A stretch of DNA of 64,000 nucleotides, taken from the IMG/VR virus record IMGVR_UViG_3300031998_000007; one strand, 5' to 3'. Below are positions 18,957-27,985 of the stretch, one piece after another. A model generated the notes under the pieces. That model was not told the origin of the DNA and ran no database searches. It saw nothing but the letters and a program-made list of their open reading frames with translations. The translations under genes were made by a program, and so were the position numbers. Source of the stretch: a virus. Lineage: Duplodnaviria > Heunggongvirae > Uroviricota > Caudoviricetes. How positions within the stretch are numbered: position 1 is the stretch's first letter; each line of letters begins with the position of its first letter.

Positions 18957-19949
18957 TTACATGACCGCGACCTTCACGCCCGTGGCACTTGCGCGGAGGT
19001 TCATCGTCACATGGAGGACGCCGTCCTTGAACGAGGCCTTGATCGAGTTTTCGTCGATGGGGAGCGGGAAGGGGAAGCTGAACTTGAACTTGCCGGAAAG
19101 GTAATCCGGTATGGTAATCTGCGATTCGAAGGTCGGTCTCCGTCCCTTTTCGCCCTTGGCCGTCTTCTTCATGAGGGTTGACTGGAGTTCCCTGACGCCG
19201 CTGATTTCCACGGCGCCGTCGATATACTGGACATCGACTGCGGACTTGTTCACGCCCGGGAGGTCAACGTAGAAGTGATAGGTGTCGTTCAGGAGGATCA
19301 TTTCGTAGTACGGTTCCCCGTCTACGACGCGCACCTGATGCGCTTCGGCAGGCTGTTCTTGCTGCGGGGCGGGTGCCTGCGCCTGTGCCTGCTGTTGCTG
19401 CATCTGGGCTGCCTGCGCCTGTTGCTGCTGTGCCATACGCATCTGCTGCTGTTGCATCTGCATCTGCTGGATTTGCTGCGGGGTCATCTGCGGCTGGGGC
19501 TGGGCATAGCGCATCTGCTGCGGGGGCATTGCCGCCTGCTGCGGATATTGCTGGAACCCCTGCTGCTGCGGGTAGCCTTGCTGATACTGCATCTGCATCT
19601 GCTGTTGCGGGTAGCCCTGCGGCTGTTGCTGCGGGTAGCCCTGTGGATATTGCATGGGTTGCATAGGTTGCTGCATGTTTGGTCTCCTGGCGTTTACCTG
19701 TCCGGGGATTACGAACGTGTCGGCGTAGTCCTGGTTGATGCGAGAGTTTTTGATGGTTTCGTTCCATCCCATACGCGGTCCACTGTTGTCACCGCCGTAT
19801 GAGACGCCACCAAGCGGCATCCCGGTCAGGCCGTCTACGTCTAGCGTGTCCTGGAAAATTGTAGGCATTTCTTCGCTCCCGTGCGCGTCATGGCTGTCCG
19901 GCTTCTTGCCGAACCCGAACAGGTTAAGCAATTTGGTGAAAACTGACAC
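18957..19949 (-). CDS. small heat-shock protein (alpha-crystallin/Hsp20 domain) with Q/P-rich low-complexity region
   Basis: C-terminal domain FYVDLPGVNKSAVDVQYIDGAVEISG...KFSFPFPLPIDENSIKASFKDGVLHVTMNL is alpha-crystallin-like; central QQPQGYPQQQMQMQYQQGYPQQQ repeats. Confidence 0.65.
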   Translation of the reverse strand: MSVFTKLLNLFGFGKKPDSHDAHGSEEMPTIFQDTLDVDGLTGMPLGGVSYGGDNSGPRMGWNETIKNSRINQDYADTFVIPGQVNARRPNMQQPMQPMQYPQGYPQQQPQGYPQQQMQMQYQQGYPQQQGFQQYPQQAAMPPQQMRYAQPQPQMTPQQIQQMQMQQQQMRMAQQQQAQAAQMQQQQAQAQAPAPQQEQPAEAHQVRVVDGEPYYEMILLNDTYHFYVDLPGVNKSAVDVQYIDGAVEISGVRELQSTLMKKTAKGEKGRRPTFESQITIPDYLSGKFKFSFPFPLPIDENSIKASFKDGVLHVTMNLRASATGVKVAVM

Positions 19950-19986
19950 ATTTGTACCATGAGCGGTTAGTTGGTTTGAACGAAAA

Positions 19987-20826
19987 CTAGGTTTTTACGA
20001 TGCCGGTACATTCTTCGAAGAGTTCCTGCAAATTTGCGTTTTTTCGCAGTTTTTCGAGGGCAGCCATCTTGATCGTCCTGATGTGGGCCTTGGAGACCCC
20101 CGTGCAGGCCGCGATGTCCTTGGACGTCATGTCGTAGCCGTTGAAGCCGAAGGACGAACATACCACGCTGAGCTCGCGCTCATCGAGGGTTTCCTTCATC
20201 GCGGCGAGCAGGGTTTCCCTGACCGCCGGGTCCAGGAACGTAGTGTCCACGTCGGCATCCGTCGTGCCGGTGAGTGTGTCCTCTATCGTCACGCTGCCGT
20301 CCTCCGTCACCCTGTCGTATGTGGAGCAGGTGTTGTAGAGCACCGCCTCGGCTTCCTCGCCGAACATGACGCTGCTTGCCGGCTTGCCTTCCTTCTTTGC
20401 CTTGATGACGCGCTGGCGCACCTTCGGCGGGAGGTGTATCGGGTCGGACGTGTCGATGAACTGCTGCATCTGCCAACGGATGTACCATACGGCGTAGCTA
20501 CCGAACTTCGTCGTCTCGTCGGGGTTGTATGTGTTGATGGCGGTCATGAGGCCGAGCTTCCCGGCTGCGTAGAAATCCGTCACCGGGAGCTGGTAACGCG
20601 CGGCGTAGTCTGTCGCCATGCGGAAAACGAATCTCAGGTGGGATTGCATTATGCGGAGCTTGATAGTCTCGCGGTATGAGCGCTTCCTGGTCTTCTTGTA
20701 TATCCTGAACATTTCGCGCTCGGTGGCGTCGTCGAGGATTTTGCATGCGTGAAGTTCCGCAAAGATTGTCTTCGGCGTGCCGCCTAGAATGGGCTTTTGC
20801 ATTGTGCAACCATTCAGTTTTGTCAT
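19987..20826 (-). CDS. sigma-70 family RNA polymerase sigma factor
   Basis: Region 2 TKFGSYAVWYIRWQMQQFI and region 4 HTH AHIRTIKMAALEKLRK. Start set at MTKLNG (20826): the 11 upstream codons of the ORF-tool start are the promoter motif translated (KFVYYS). Confidence 0.75.
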   Translation of the reverse strand: MTKLNGCTMQKPILGGTPKTIFAELHACKILDDATEREMFRIYKKTRKRSYRETIKLRIMQSHLRFVFRMATDYAARYQLPVTDFYAAGKLGLMTAINTYNPDETTKFGSYAVWYIRWQMQQFIDTSDPIHLPPKVRQRVIKAKKEGKPASSVMFGEEAEAVLYNTCSTYDRVTEDGSVTIEDTLTGTTDADVDTTFLDPAVRETLLAAMKETLDERELSVVCSSFGFNGYDMTSKDIAACTGVSKAHIRTIKMAALEKLRKNANLQELFEECTGIVKT

Positions 20827-20830
20827 AGAA

Positions 20831-20845
20831 TAATATACAAATTTC
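20831..20845 (-). promoter_or_regulatory. extended -10 promoter variant AATTTGTATATTATT (minus) for the sigma gene
   Basis: TGTATATTA, 4 nt before the ATG at 20826. Confidence 0.5.
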
Positions 20846-20930
20846 AAATATTTTTCCAAAATGCTTGGAATGAATTTTCAAAAAATATATTTTAGTAGCA
20901 TAATCACTACATAAAACGCGCAGGTGTAAA

Positions 20931-22271
20931 TTGAGCAAACATGAAACCGCACTATCCGACAAGCGTCTATTGACACTTATCGGGAAACCGACCCCGGGCA
21001 CTCAATATACAAAGACTGACCTTCCGCCGGTCGAGAAACTCCTCAAACATTACGGCTATGACAACAACAAGGTATATCCGTATTACGCTGTCTTGAAGAA
21101 ACTCGGATGGGTGACGGACGCACCTGACGCTTTCCGCTCCAACGTGCGCAAGCAATGCAAGCGCCTGAAGGACACCGCGAACGTCGTCGAGACCGAGGGC
21201 GAAGACATCCTTTCCAGCATCCACCTCGCTTCCGAAGGCCAGATTGCGGTCCTCCGCCAGGAACTCGCCAAGAAGCAGAAGGTGCTCGACGAGGCCAAGA
21301 CGGACAAGTTCATCGCGCAGACGGTCATCGAGGCTCTCGAACGCTCAATCAAGACGGTCAAGCCCGCGAACGTCACGATCAATGTCGATAAGCCGGCAAA
21401 GAGCAGGCGCGTGAAGGGCAAGTTCTTCAACATCCTGCCGATTTCCGACGTGCACTACGGCGAAGTGGTGAATGGCGGCACGATTAACGGCATCAACAAC
21501 TACAACATGGCGATTTCCAAGAAGCGCCACATGCTGCTCTTCAAGAAGAACTACGAGTTTGCCTCGGTCTATGGCTGCGACGAACTCCACATCTTCATGC
21601 TTGGCGACATCTTCTCCGGCAACATCCATGCCGAGCTCCGCGAAACGAACGAGACCGTGATTACCGAGTGCGTGACCGACTACTACTCCTTCATCATCGG
21701 CCTTATCGACGAATACTCCAAGCTCTACAAGAAGATTACGATTTCCTGCGTCGTAGGCAACCATGCCCGCAATACGGAAAAGTTCCAGTTCAAGAACAAG
21801 GGTAAGGACTCCTACGAATACATCCTCTATGCCTTCATGCGCAACTACTACTCGAGCGACCGCTCCCCGAGCAACGTTACCGTCAACCTGACGGAAAGCA
21901 CGGTGCAGTTCGCCCGCGTCGGCAAGCAGCTCTGGAAGCTGGAACACGGCGACCGCTACAAGGGCGGTTCCGCGTTCGTGTCCCCGTTCTCCACGGTCGT
22001 CCGCGACAATTTCAAGGACAAGGGCATGTTCTCCGGCAACGAGGAACAGGACTTCGATGCCGTCATCATGGGCCACTGGCACATCGGTGGCGAGATGGCG
22101 CTTTACGGCACGAACACCCCGGTGTATCTCAACCCGAGCATCGTTGGCCCAGGCGAATACTCCGTGCATAACTTGCACAGCAGCTACCCGGCATCCAGCT
22201 TCGTGTTCGTTACCGACGGCAAGAACGTCGTCGCCAAGGGGTCGGTTGACCTCATGTGCATCCAGCGATAG
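20931..22271 (+). CDS. calcineurin-like metallophosphoesterase (Mre11/SbcD-type motifs) with N-terminal coiled-coil region
   Basis: Motifs SDVHYG, GDIFSGN, GNHA, GHWH. Confidence 0.7.
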   Translation: MSKHETALSDKRLLTLIGKPTPGTQYTKTDLPPVEKLLKHYGYDNNKVYPYYAVLKKLGWVTDAPDAFRSNVRKQCKRLKDTANVVETEGEDILSSIHLASEGQIAVLRQELAKKQKVLDEAKTDKFIAQTVIEALERSIKTVKPANVTINVDKPAKSRRVKGKFFNILPISDVHYGEVVNGGTINGINNYNMAISKKRHMLLFKKNYEFASVYGCDELHIFMLGDIFSGNIHAELRETNETVITECVTDYYSFIIGLIDEYSKLYKKITISCVVGNHARNTEKFQFKNKGKDSYEYILYAFMRNYYSSDRSPSNVTVNLTESTVQFARVGKQLWKLEHGDRYKGGSAFVSPFSTVVRDNFKDKGMFSGNEEQDFDAVIMGHWHIGGEMALYGTNTPVYLNPSIVGPGEYSVHNLHSSYPASSFVFVTDGKNVVAKGSVDLMCIQR

Positions 22272-22292
22272 TATTACGTAGCCATAGCAGAA

Positions 22293-22320
22293 CGCCACCC
22301 GTAACTGGGTGGCGTTTCTG
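22293..22320 (+). terminator. intrinsic terminator
   Basis: cgccaccc-gtaact-gggtggcg hairpin followed by TTTCTG. Confidence 0.5.
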
Positions 22321-22749
22321 TTATCTCCTGCGGGGCGGAGGAGGTTGTCTCGGGGGCTTGGGTCCGCAGCAGCAACGCGGCGGGACGGGCGCCTGCCTCG
22401 GCATGCACCCGCACAGCGGACCGGGCATCCAGCCCTTCGGGAGCCACCAGTAGGGGACAGTCGGCCACGGACGGGGTGTCCACGGGCCCCAGGCATGACC
22501 CCACCAGAACGGCACCGGGTCTCCGGGACGGTGGTTCCAGAAATCGGGGTAGAGGTGGGAAGGCACGTATTCCCACGGGCCCGCCTGCGGTTCACGGGGT
22601 TGGCACGGGCCACTCGGCTTCGGCTGCATCGGTATGAACAGCGGTCCCTTGGGGATCATGTGGAGGTACGATATGCACGGACGCGTAATCGGAGAAAACG
22701 GGTCAGCATATCCCCTTAGCATAGCATGATGTCTGCACGGTTCGCACAT
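22321..22749 (-). CDS. hypothetical Pro/Trp/Cys-rich small protein
   Basis: ORF with GC3-rich codons; GGTGA Shine-Dalgarno-like sequence 11 nt before the ATG; odd composition (PFWWGHAWGPWTPRPWP...CCCGPKPP). Could be spurious. Confidence 0.3.
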   Translation of the reverse strand: MCEPCRHHAMLRGYADPFSPITRPCISYLHMIPKGPLFIPMQPKPSGPCQPREPQAGPWEYVPSHLYPDFWNHRPGDPVPFWWGHAWGPWTPRPWPTVPYWWLPKGWMPGPLCGCMPRQAPVPPRCCCGPKPPRQPPPPRRR

Positions 22750-22800
22750 GTTAGGTCCTTTCACCTCTATCGTATAGAGTTTACAAAACACGTTTCCGAT

Positions 22801-22815
22801 TTTTTGCTATATTTC
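22801..22815 (+). promoter_or_regulatory. extended -10 promoter motif TTTTTGCTATATTTC
   Basis: 7 nt before the rtcB ATG at 22823. Confidence 0.6.
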
Positions 22816-22822
22816 TTGCATT

Positions 22823-24028
22823 ATGATAGAAATTCCGGGAAAATACTGTACGGCGAAGGTCTATACCGACAATGTCGAGGAGGCCGCGCTTAAACAGATA
22901 ATGAACTTGATGAACCAGCCGTTTGCGGCGGGTTCCAACTGCGCAATCATGCCCGACTGCCACGCGGGCGTGGGTTGCGTTATCGGCCTCACAGCAAAGA
23001 TTACCGACAAGGTGGTCCCGAACCTGGTGGGGGTGGATATCGGGTGTTCTATGCTTGTCCTCAAAGTGGACAAGTCGTTCGCGTTCGACCTGAAGCAGGT
23101 GGACAAGATTTGGCACCGCGACATCCCGTCCGGCATGAACCACCGCAAGTCCAAGCACAAGTATGCCGACAAGGCTGACCTCGAAAACATGATAGCCCCG
23201 GTGAACGTGGACAAGCTGAAACTGTCCATCGGGACACTCGGCGGGGGCAACCACTTCGGCGAAATCAACGTAGATGATGCGGGCAACCATTACATCGTCA
23301 TCCACTCCGGTTCCCGGCACCTCGGCATCGAGGTATGCCGCTATTACCAGGACCTCGCTATCAAGTATCACCGCAACGACCGTGCGGCGATGCAGGATGC
23401 CATCAAGCAGCTGAAGAAGGCTGGCCGCGAGCGCGAAATCGAGGAAACCTTGCAGAAGATGAACGCGGACCGTCCGGCAATCCCGAACGAGCTCGCCTAT
23501 CTCGAAGGCGCCCTCATGGAAGACTACCTGCATGACATGAAGATTGCGCAGGAGTTTGCCATCTGGAACCGCGAGGCAATGATGGACGTGTTGGTTGACG
23601 GCCTGGGTATCAAGCCAAGGTATGTGCTGGATAAGTGGTGTACCATGCACAATTACGTTGACTTGGAACATAGAATTTTGCGCAAGGGAGCAATCTCATT
23701 GCAGAAAGATGAGATTGCACTAATTCCGATGAACATGAGGGATGGTTCCCTTATCGTCCGCGGCAAGGGCAACTCCGACTGGAACTGTTCCGGTCCGCAC
23801 GGTGCCGGCCGTCTCATGTCCCGTTCCAAGGCCAAGGAGACGCTCAGGATGGAAGACTTCAAGGCTTCCATGGAAGGCATTTATACGACCTGCGTTTCGA
23901 CCGGGACGATTGACGAGAGCCCGATGGCCTACAAGCCGTTCGACGAAATCATGCGCAACATCGAGCCGACCGCCGACATCGTCGAGCGCATCCGCCCGAT
24001 CTACAACTTCAAGGCGTCGGAGGGATAA
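22823..24028 (+). CDS. rtcB: RtcB RNA 3'-phosphate/5'-OH ligase
   Basis: Motifs MPDCHAGVG, GGGNHFGE, HSGSRHLG, HNYV, SGPHGAGR diagnostic of the RtcB family. Confidence 0.9.
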   Translation: MIEIPGKYCTAKVYTDNVEEAALKQIMNLMNQPFAAGSNCAIMPDCHAGVGCVIGLTAKITDKVVPNLVGVDIGCSMLVLKVDKSFAFDLKQVDKIWHRDIPSGMNHRKSKHKYADKADLENMIAPVNVDKLKLSIGTLGGGNHFGEINVDDAGNHYIVIHSGSRHLGIEVCRYYQDLAIKYHRNDRAAMQDAIKQLKKAGREREIEETLQKMNADRPAIPNELAYLEGALMEDYLHDMKIAQEFAIWNREAMMDVLVDGLGIKPRYVLDKWCTMHNYVDLEHRILRKGAISLQKDEIALIPMNMRDGSLIVRGKGNSDWNCSGPHGAGRLMSRSKAKETLRMEDFKASMEGIYTTCVSTGTIDESPMAYKPFDEIMRNIEPTADIVERIRPIYNFKASEG

Positions 24029-24481
24029 ATGCCGAGGGCCAAGAAACCGAAGGAAAGTTTCGAGATTGTCCTGTTCAACAGCAAGCCCACCGAGGGCGGT
24101 CATTTCTATGACCTCGAGACGCTGCAACGTATCGCCGACGACATCAACGCCGGCAAGGGGCTTGCGTTGGAGGAAATCGACCCGATTGCGCGGCAGGTCG
24201 AGGGGATTTCCGAAACCGAGGTCTGGAAGGAACGCATCATGGCCGATGCGGTGTCCTGCCGTCTCGAAGATGGCGTCTTGTGGGTCACGTTCGAGATACG
24301 CACCACCAAGTATGGGAAGCGCTTCAAGGCCGCGCTGGACACGCATGGCATCCGCGGCCTTTATTTCTTTCCCGTCGGCTATACACGCGAGCCGCTCGGT
24401 GAGAAGGGCGTAATCAAGAACTACTGCCTGTGCTACGTTTCGTTCGAGCCCCGGAACGCAATCAAGTTACCCAATTCGTAA
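24029..24481 (+). CDS. hypothetical protein
   Basis: 150 aa; start codon abuts the rtcB stop (TAAATG), suggesting co-translation. Confidence 0.5.
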   Translation: MPRAKKPKESFEIVLFNSKPTEGGHFYDLETLQRIADDINAGKGLALEEIDPIARQVEGISETEVWKERIMADAVSCRLEDGVLWVTFEIRTTKYGKRFKAALDTHGIRGLYFFPVGYTREPLGEKGVIKNYCLCYVSFEPRNAIKLPNS

Positions 24482-24507
24482 ATTTTCATTAACAAAAGGA
24501 TCAAAAC

Positions 24508-25065
24508 ATGGAAGAAACAGAAAAATCCCTCGCTGCGTTGATCGTTACGCTCAAGTCCAGCAGCGGCGTGTCCATCAAGGACACTACCCTCACGAAGTTC
24601 AACTTCAAGGTAAACGGTTCCAGCGACGCGAAGGAACTCGCCAAGGTGCTTGAAAACAAGTTCGGTGTCGAGGATGCCTACTCGATGGTGACATCCCGCT
24701 GCCAGTTCAAGCCGGCCAAGCTCCCTCTCGAAGACTATAAGATTTACCTTGACGTCACGTTCGGGACCGAGCTCGAAACTGTCGCCACGTTCAGCGCACA
24801 GCTTCGCAGCGTGAGCTTCCGCCACACGGTCAAGGATGTCGGCGATGGCGTGGAAGATACCGTTGACGCCACGATGGAACTCTTGAAGAACGAAGACGGC
24901 GTGGAAGACAGCAAGGTCCGCCACTTCCTCAACTTCAAGGAAACCAACCCGCAGACCGGCAAGAAGATCCTCGTCCCGATGAAGTTCGAGTTCTGGAAGC
25001 GCGACAGCAATCCGATCGTCTATACCGAAATCGCGGAAGTGGCGCCCGAAGACGAAAGCCTCTAA
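24508..25065 (+). CDS. hypothetical protein
   Basis: 185 aa; AAAGGA ribosome-binding site upstream. Confidence 0.5.
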   Translation: MEETEKSLAALIVTLKSSSGVSIKDTTLTKFNFKVNGSSDAKELAKVLENKFGVEDAYSMVTSRCQFKPAKLPLEDYKIYLDVTFGTELETVATFSAQLRSVSFRHTVKDVGDGVEDTVDATMELLKNEDGVEDSKVRHFLNFKETNPQTGKKILVPMKFEFWKRDSNPIVYTEIAEVAPEDESL

Positions 25066-25084
25066 GGATTTCATCATGCTACGG

Positions 25085-25109
25085 CCCGGCAGGCGACTGC
25101 CGGGTTTTG
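25085..25109 (+). terminator. intrinsic terminator fused to downstream promoter
   Basis: cccggcag-gcga-ctgccggg hairpin followed by TTTTG that runs into TTTTGCTATATTTC. Confidence 0.5.
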
Positions 25110-25118
25110 CTATATTTC
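25105..25118 (+). promoter_or_regulatory. extended -10 promoter motif
   Basis: TTTTGCTATATTTC, 42 nt upstream of the ATG at 25160. Confidence 0.5.
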
Positions 25119-25159
25119 AATGTGCGGCACATAGTCGCACATTATTTTTATAGGTATTT

Positions 25160-27064
25160 ATGGACTACAAGAGAATATATGACATCTTCGTTGCCGACAG
25201 AAAGGCACACCCGACTACGGAACTGTATTCCAGCCTCCACCACATCATCCCGCTCGGGGACGGTGGCAAGGACTGCGAGGAGAACCTGGTTCGCCTTTCC
25301 ATCCGCGACCACCAGTTCGCCCACAAACTGATTGACCGCTTTACCGGGCGCAAGGCATGTCCCGAGTTCACCAGGTTTACTTCAAAGCGTCAGATTGCCG
25401 CAATGCAGAAGAACGGCATCGACCCGAAACGCGCAAAGCGTGCCAAGGCCGGTGTCGGAAAGTTCCGCCTGTGGCTGAATGATACGGCCAAGACCCTTGC
25501 CGATGACTTTTCCCAGCAGATCTGCGAAAGGGCCGCTGAGGCTAACCCGGGAATGTCCGTGGTTCCGTTCATTACCAAGCAGTCCTTCCCGATCTGGCTG
25601 TCCGCGCTTAACGGGCTGAGCAAGCACTTCGTCGTCAGTACCCAGAGCGACGAAAACCAGGCGGTCGGCCCGGGCATCAAGATGAGGGCGGGCGAAGTCA
25701 TCCATCTCGGGATGGAGAGCGAAATCGAGCTCGTGGTGAAGAATGTCGGGGAATATCTCAAAGGCAACCTCATGATGGCGATTACCGACGGCGTGGCCCG
25801 CGCATACGCATTTACCCGCGCCACCGAGAAGGACCGGGAAATGTTCATCAACACGGCCACCCGCATGATGCGCATTACCCTCGGCCAGCTGAAGGCCACT
25901 TACCGCGTAATCGAAATCCGCCATGTGTATGAAGTCGCCGACCGCTATGTCACCCGAGTGGTGAATGCCGCAATCATCGACCGCGGGGTGACCGAGTATA
26001 TCGACATGCTCACCCATCCGGTCCTGACGGAAAATGTTGATAAGGTGTTCGGAATGTTGGCAACCCTTGCTGACGAGGCTCCCGTCGATCCGGTCCTCGG
26101 TAACACGATGCACCTTATCGTAAAATACGCGCTCGACAAGTATGTTGACCCGGGCTATTCGATGTCCGGCGACCTGCGCAAGGGCATCGTCTATTGCGCA
26201 TGCAACGACCTTGCGAGAAAACTCGCAACGAAAAAAGACGTACTCGCCACGCATGACCTGAATAAGCTCACGTTCCACGCATGGCGTGAGGTGTTCGGTG
26301 TCCTGTTCGGCAGCATCGCCGACGCAGAAAAGTCCGCGCCCGGCGTCCCGGACTTGCAGGCGGCATATCGCACCTGCACCGACGAAGGTCTCCATGACGA
26401 CATCATGGCCGGCCTCCCGGTCGCCAATGAGCGTATTACCGCATGTCTCGTCGGGATGGTGGCTGCGAAGCTGCGCCCGCATGTGGATGACGGGATGCTT
26501 ACCCAGGAAGAGTTTGACTTTGCAATCGAACCGCGCAGGGTAATGTCTGTCGTCATGCCGGAACTGCAGACCTACACGAAGACGCTGAAAGATGCCAAGA
26601 CCAGGCTCCCGCTTGACCAGTTTGCCAAGAAGTGCCTGTTCGGGTATGCAACGTCATATTCCCGCAAGATTATCCTCTACATGCTCGGCAAGGATGTGAC
26701 CGAGGAGACCTATGGCCGCATTGCCGGTCTTGACGAGAAGTATATCACTGCCACGTTTACGGCGAAGTGCCGTCTCAATGTCGGCATGGTCACTGCAGCC
26801 GTCGAGCCCGGGGCATGTTTCCAGCTTCCGGTCCCGTTCCATGCGATGATCAAGAAGGCAATCGACGACATTAGCATGTTTACTCAGATTTCTAAGGCCA
26901 AGGCCATGCTTCTCAAATCGGAAATCTCCGCGGAACTCGGTAAGCGTATCATGGAAGACGTTTCCCTCCGTCGCCCGACGAGCGTCCAGTTCAACAATGT
27001 CTTTAAAGAAATCCGCCTGATTACCGCCGAGCATGTCCAGAAGGTTCTCGGGGGTGACAAATGA
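25160..27064 (+). CDS. large protein with N-terminal HNH nuclease motif
   Basis: HHIIPLGDGGKDCEENLVRLSIRDHQFAH (HNH); the remaining ~550 aa are unassigned. Confidence 0.6.
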   Translation: MDYKRIYDIFVADRKAHPTTELYSSLHHIIPLGDGGKDCEENLVRLSIRDHQFAHKLIDRFTGRKACPEFTRFTSKRQIAAMQKNGIDPKRAKRAKAGVGKFRLWLNDTAKTLADDFSQQICERAAEANPGMSVVPFITKQSFPIWLSALNGLSKHFVVSTQSDENQAVGPGIKMRAGEVIHLGMESEIELVVKNVGEYLKGNLMMAITDGVARAYAFTRATEKDREMFINTATRMMRITLGQLKATYRVIEIRHVYEVADRYVTRVVNAAIIDRGVTEYIDMLTHPVLTENVDKVFGMLATLADEAPVDPVLGNTMHLIVKYALDKYVDPGYSMSGDLRKGIVYCACNDLARKLATKKDVLATHDLNKLTFHAWREVFGVLFGSIADAEKSAPGVPDLQAAYRTCTDEGLHDDIMAGLPVANERITACLVGMVAAKLRPHVDDGMLTQEEFDFAIEPRRVMSVVMPELQTYTKTLKDAKTRLPLDQFAKKCLFGYATSYSRKIILYMLGKDVTEETYGRIAGLDEKYITATFTAKCRLNVGMVTAAVEPGACFQLPVPFHAMIKKAIDDISMFTQISKAKAMLLKSEISAELGKRIMEDVSLRRPTSVQFNNVFKEIRLITAEHVQKVLGGDK

Positions 27065-27606
27065 CGCTTTCCGAGCGATATATAAGCGAGAAGTATGGCG
27101 CCGGTGCGCTTGCGGACTTCCAGAAGTTCGTTGCCGAGGAAAAGGCAAAGAACCAGAAGGCCAGGAGGCAGCAGCGGCTGGCCACGCGCAATCCGCATGT
27201 CCTCTTGCTGCAGGTCCGGCTGGATTACGATTGCTATGACGGCGAAGGCGATGAGCATAGCTATTATGACGAGCGTAGCGTCGCGAGTTACCTGGATGAT
27301 GCGCTTGGCCTGAACATTATCGAGGCCACTGACGATACGGACGAGGACGAAAAGTTTTTCCGCATCGAGCAGGCAGCGAAATACTTGTCGAAATGCCGCG
27401 GTGTGCAGTATACGGACGATGACATTATCGAGCGCATCATCAGGGTCATCCGGTATGGCAGCGAACGCGCCAACGAGGAAATGGCCCGTGGCGCGGTTTC
27501 CCGTGACTATCGGGGGATAAGTAACAAGGATCTATATCCGAACGAGTTCATGGAACACTATTTCAGGGGATGCCGTTACAGGGTGTCCGATTACAGGAGG
27601 TTCTAG
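27061..27606 (+). CDS. hypothetical protein
   Basis: 181 aa, overlaps the upstream stop. Confidence 0.5.
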   Translation: MTLSERYISEKYGAGALADFQKFVAEEKAKNQKARRQQRLATRNPHVLLLQVRLDYDCYDGEGDEHSYYDERSVASYLDDALGLNIIEATDDTDEDEKFFRIEQAAKYLSKCRGVQYTDDDIIERIIRVIRYGSERANEEMARGAVSRDYRGISNKDLYPNEFMEHYFRGCRYRVSDYRRF

Positions 27607-27607
27607 T

Positions 27608-27985
27608 ATGGATTGGGAAATTACCGGCTATGACAGGTTCTGTGGGGAGATTTCCAGCCCGCCGATCGGCGATGGCGCTGAACCGCAGAAGACCCCGCAC
27701 GAGATAATCTCGGAAACGTTCATGTTCTACGGGGAAATGAACCCGGCGAAGATGAACGGTTTCTGCCGTGACCGCATGCGCACGGTATGTTTCAATTCGT
27801 TGCGGGCCGCACTCGGACTGTCCCCCAGCATCCAGGGCGACCTTGTCATATCGAAGCTGGTCGGCGCCTTCTACGGCCATTACGGCAGCGTGTCGGACTT
27901 CGACATGATCGTGTCGCTCTATGACATGCCGCTGAAAAAGACCGTCGAATACATCAACGGCCTTGATCCCACTAAGGTAATGTAG
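27608..27985 (+). CDS. hypothetical protein
   Basis: 125 aa ORF ending next to the tRNA array. Confidence 0.45.
   Translation: MDWEITGYDRFCGEISSPPIGDGAEPQKTPHEIISETFMFYGEMNPAKMNGFCRDRMRTVCFNSLRAALGLSPSIQGDLVISKLVGAFYGHYGSVSDFDMIVSLYDMPLKKTVEYINGLDPTKVM

Noticed and set aside
19275-19802. Plus-strand ORFs full of Leu/His/Arg and Ala/Ser runs opposite the Hsp20 Q-rich region
   Set aside because: Antisense reading of the CAG/CAA-rich repeat region; no start context
21345-22613. 422-aa minus-strand ORF antisense to the metallophosphoesterase gene
   Set aside because: Arg/Ala/Gly-rich junk typical of antisense frames in GC-rich coding DNA; it overlaps a gene with clear catalytic motifs
22309-22719. 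136-aa plus-strand ORF in the rtcB-upstream gap
   Set aside because: Arg-rich, no ribosome-binding site, and it lies inside the terminator hairpin; the minus-strand Pro/Trp ORF or a non-coding function is more plausible
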